From a virus, in UHGV virus genome UHGV-0252651: a stretch of 10,277 bases of DNA; one strand, given 5' to 3'. A program made the translations under genes and the position numbers. The notes beneath the pieces are model-generated. The model made no database searches, had not been told where the DNA came from, and was given only the letters and a program-made list of their open reading frames with translations. Shown one piece after another: positions 9,073 to 10,277 of this stretch; position 1 is the stretch's first letter; each line of letters starts with the position of its first letter.

Positions 9073-9753
9073 TTATTTTAATGTTACGAAAGAAGAATTG
9101 CGTGTTTCACGAATTAGAACTGATCCGTCACGATTAATGTAATAAATTAAGCTAAACAAAGTTTGGTGTGCCGACGCGTGTTCAAAACTGGTTGGGCGAG
9201 ATTTCCAATCTGGAGTTTCAGCAATCCATTGATAAATCCACCAAGGAACAGTACAGAATCCTGGATTTTTTCCAATCAGCTGAAGATTCGGACTAAAGTT
9301 TTCCGGAAGAGTAAATACAGACGGCTTTTCAGATTCAATAATCTCAGTTACAGCCTGCTCGAATTTTTCTTCAACAAAAGGAGTATCTTCAATCAAAACA
9401 TCAGTATTTTCAGGAATTTTATCCATTTCTACTACTTCAATTTTAATGTCAGATTTAACCGGAGAATCAATCAGAAGTGCTGCCTCTGGATTGACTTCTT
9501 CATCGTCATATTTTAATCCATCTGCGGCATCAGCAGCATCGATTAAGTCTTTAATAGATAACCCATCAGTCTCTGGCATAGGTTCACTAGCGAGCTTCTG
9601 GAGGGCTTCTTCAATATCAACAACGATATTATCAAAAGATTTATTCTTTTTGACCTTTATACCAAACTGTTCAGCATATTCAGCTAATTTAGCTTTAGCT
9701 TCTTTATTATCATCAAGAGCCTTCAGCTCTGCAATATAATCTTTATCTATCAT
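9073..9753 (-). CDS. inh: Inh, inhibitor of the prohead protease gp21 (226 aa)
   Basis: 226-aa ORF immediately upstream of hoc on the same strand, with GAGGA RBS. Size and position match T4 inh (earlier called hoc.1). Confidence 0.82.
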   Translation of the reverse strand: MIDKDYIAELKALDDNKEAKAKLAEYAEQFGIKVKKNKSFDNIVVDIEEALQKLASEPMPETDGLSIKDLIDAADAADGLKYDDEEVNPEAALLIDSPVKSDIKIEVVEMDKIPENTDVLIEDTPFVEEKFEQAVTEIIESEKPSVFTLPENFSPNLQLIGKNPGFCTVPWWIYQWIAETPDWKSRPTSFEHASAHQTLFSLIYYINRDGSVLIRETRNSSFVTLK

Positions 9754-9766
9754 AATATTTCCTCAG

Positions 9767-9774
9767 TATAAATA
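9767..9774 (+). promoter_or_regulatory. T4-type late promoter TATAAATA for uvsW, in the divergent inh/uvsW intergenic region
   Basis: Exact TATAAATA 29 bp upstream of the uvsW ATG. Confidence 0.55.
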
Positions 9775-9803
9775 TAGATATATTTATTACATGGTATTTA
9801 GAC

Positions 9804-10262
9804 ATGACTGACATTAAAGTACATTTTTATGATTTTAGTCACGTGAGAATTGATTGTGAAGAAAGTACATTTCATGAACTCCGTGATTTCTTTAGCTTTG
9901 AAGCCGATGGGTATCGTTTTAATCCAAAGTACAAATATGGTCACTGGGATGGACGAATCCGTCTTTTAGATTATAATCGTCTTCTTCCATTCGGCTTAGT
10001 CGGGCAAATTAAAAAGTTCTGCGATAACTTTGGCTATAAAGCCTGGATTGACCCACAGATTAACGAAAAAGAAGAATTATCAAGAAAAGATTTTGATGAA
10101 TGGCTTTCTAAATTAGAAATCTATTCAGGAAATAAAAGAATTGAACCACACTGGTATCAAAAAGATGCAGTGTTCGAAGGATTAGTTAATCGTCGTAGAA
10201 TTCTTAATCTTCCAACATCCGCAGGTACAGTCGAAGACCACGGCACGAAAGAAATGCTTTAA
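9804..10262 (+). CDS. uvsW: UvsW SF2 helicase, N-terminal 141 residues followed by 11 unrelated codons and a stop; interrupted or truncated inside helicase motif I
   Basis: Translation MTDIKVHFYDFSHVRIDCEESTFHELRDFFSFEADGYRFNP...RRRILNLPTSAG matches the recalled T4 UvsW N-terminus up to the glycine loop of motif I. The expected Lys-Ser/Thr is replaced by TVEDHGTKEML and a stop at 10260-10262. Confidence 0.8.
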   Translation: MTDIKVHFYDFSHVRIDCEESTFHELRDFFSFEADGYRFNPKYKYGHWDGRIRLLDYNRLLPFGLVGQIKKFCDNFGYKAWIDPQINEKEELSRKDFDEWLSKLEIYSGNKRIEPHWYQKDAVFEGLVNRRRILNLPTSAGTVEDHGTKEML

Positions 10263-10277
10263 CTTTTTCATGTTTTT

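Noticed and set aside
9163-9739. + strand ORFs 9163-9516 and 9446-9739 opposite inh
   Set aside because: They are antisense to inh with odd Phe/Asn/Ser-rich composition and no RBS. The strand is better explained by inh.
10230-10235. GAAGAC (BbsI type IIS site) right at the uvsW break, hinting at an engineered junction
   Set aside because: A 6-mer is expected by chance several times in 10 kb; there are no flanking vector or scar sequences in the window to support engineering.
10219-10262. Intein inserted in the UvsW P-loop
   Set aside because: Inteins are in-frame protein insertions. Here the frame ends with a stop 11 codons after the break, and the break precedes Lys rather than a Cys/Ser/Thr +1 nucleophile. 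Intron, HEG cassette or rearrangement are more plausible.

Overview
This window is the head-morphogenesis region of a T4-like (T-even) myovirus, essentially all coding and syntenic with phage T4. On the + strand: the 3' part of portal gene 20 (5' end outside the window), then 67, 68, 21 (prohead protease), 22 (scaffold), 23 (major capsid) and 24 (vertex). On the - strand: rnlB (RNA ligase 2), 24.2, 24.3, hoc and inh. On the + strand again: the 5' part of the helicase gene uvsW. Protein identifications come from my recollection of the T4 proteins, not from a search. Signals visible in the sequence include TAATG stop/start overlaps between 20/67/68/21, TATAAATA late-promoter motifs, and three tetraloop hairpin terminators. 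The most unusual observation is that the uvsW frame loses its helicase motif exactly inside motif I (Walker A) and stops 11 codons later, 15 bp before the window ends; this suggests an insertion, intron or rearrangement that cannot be resolved here. The two intergenic junctions where, as I recall, T4 carries the seg homing-endonuclease genes segD and segE are compact and empty. No tRNA, rRNA, CRISPR array or obvious defence-system cassette is visible.
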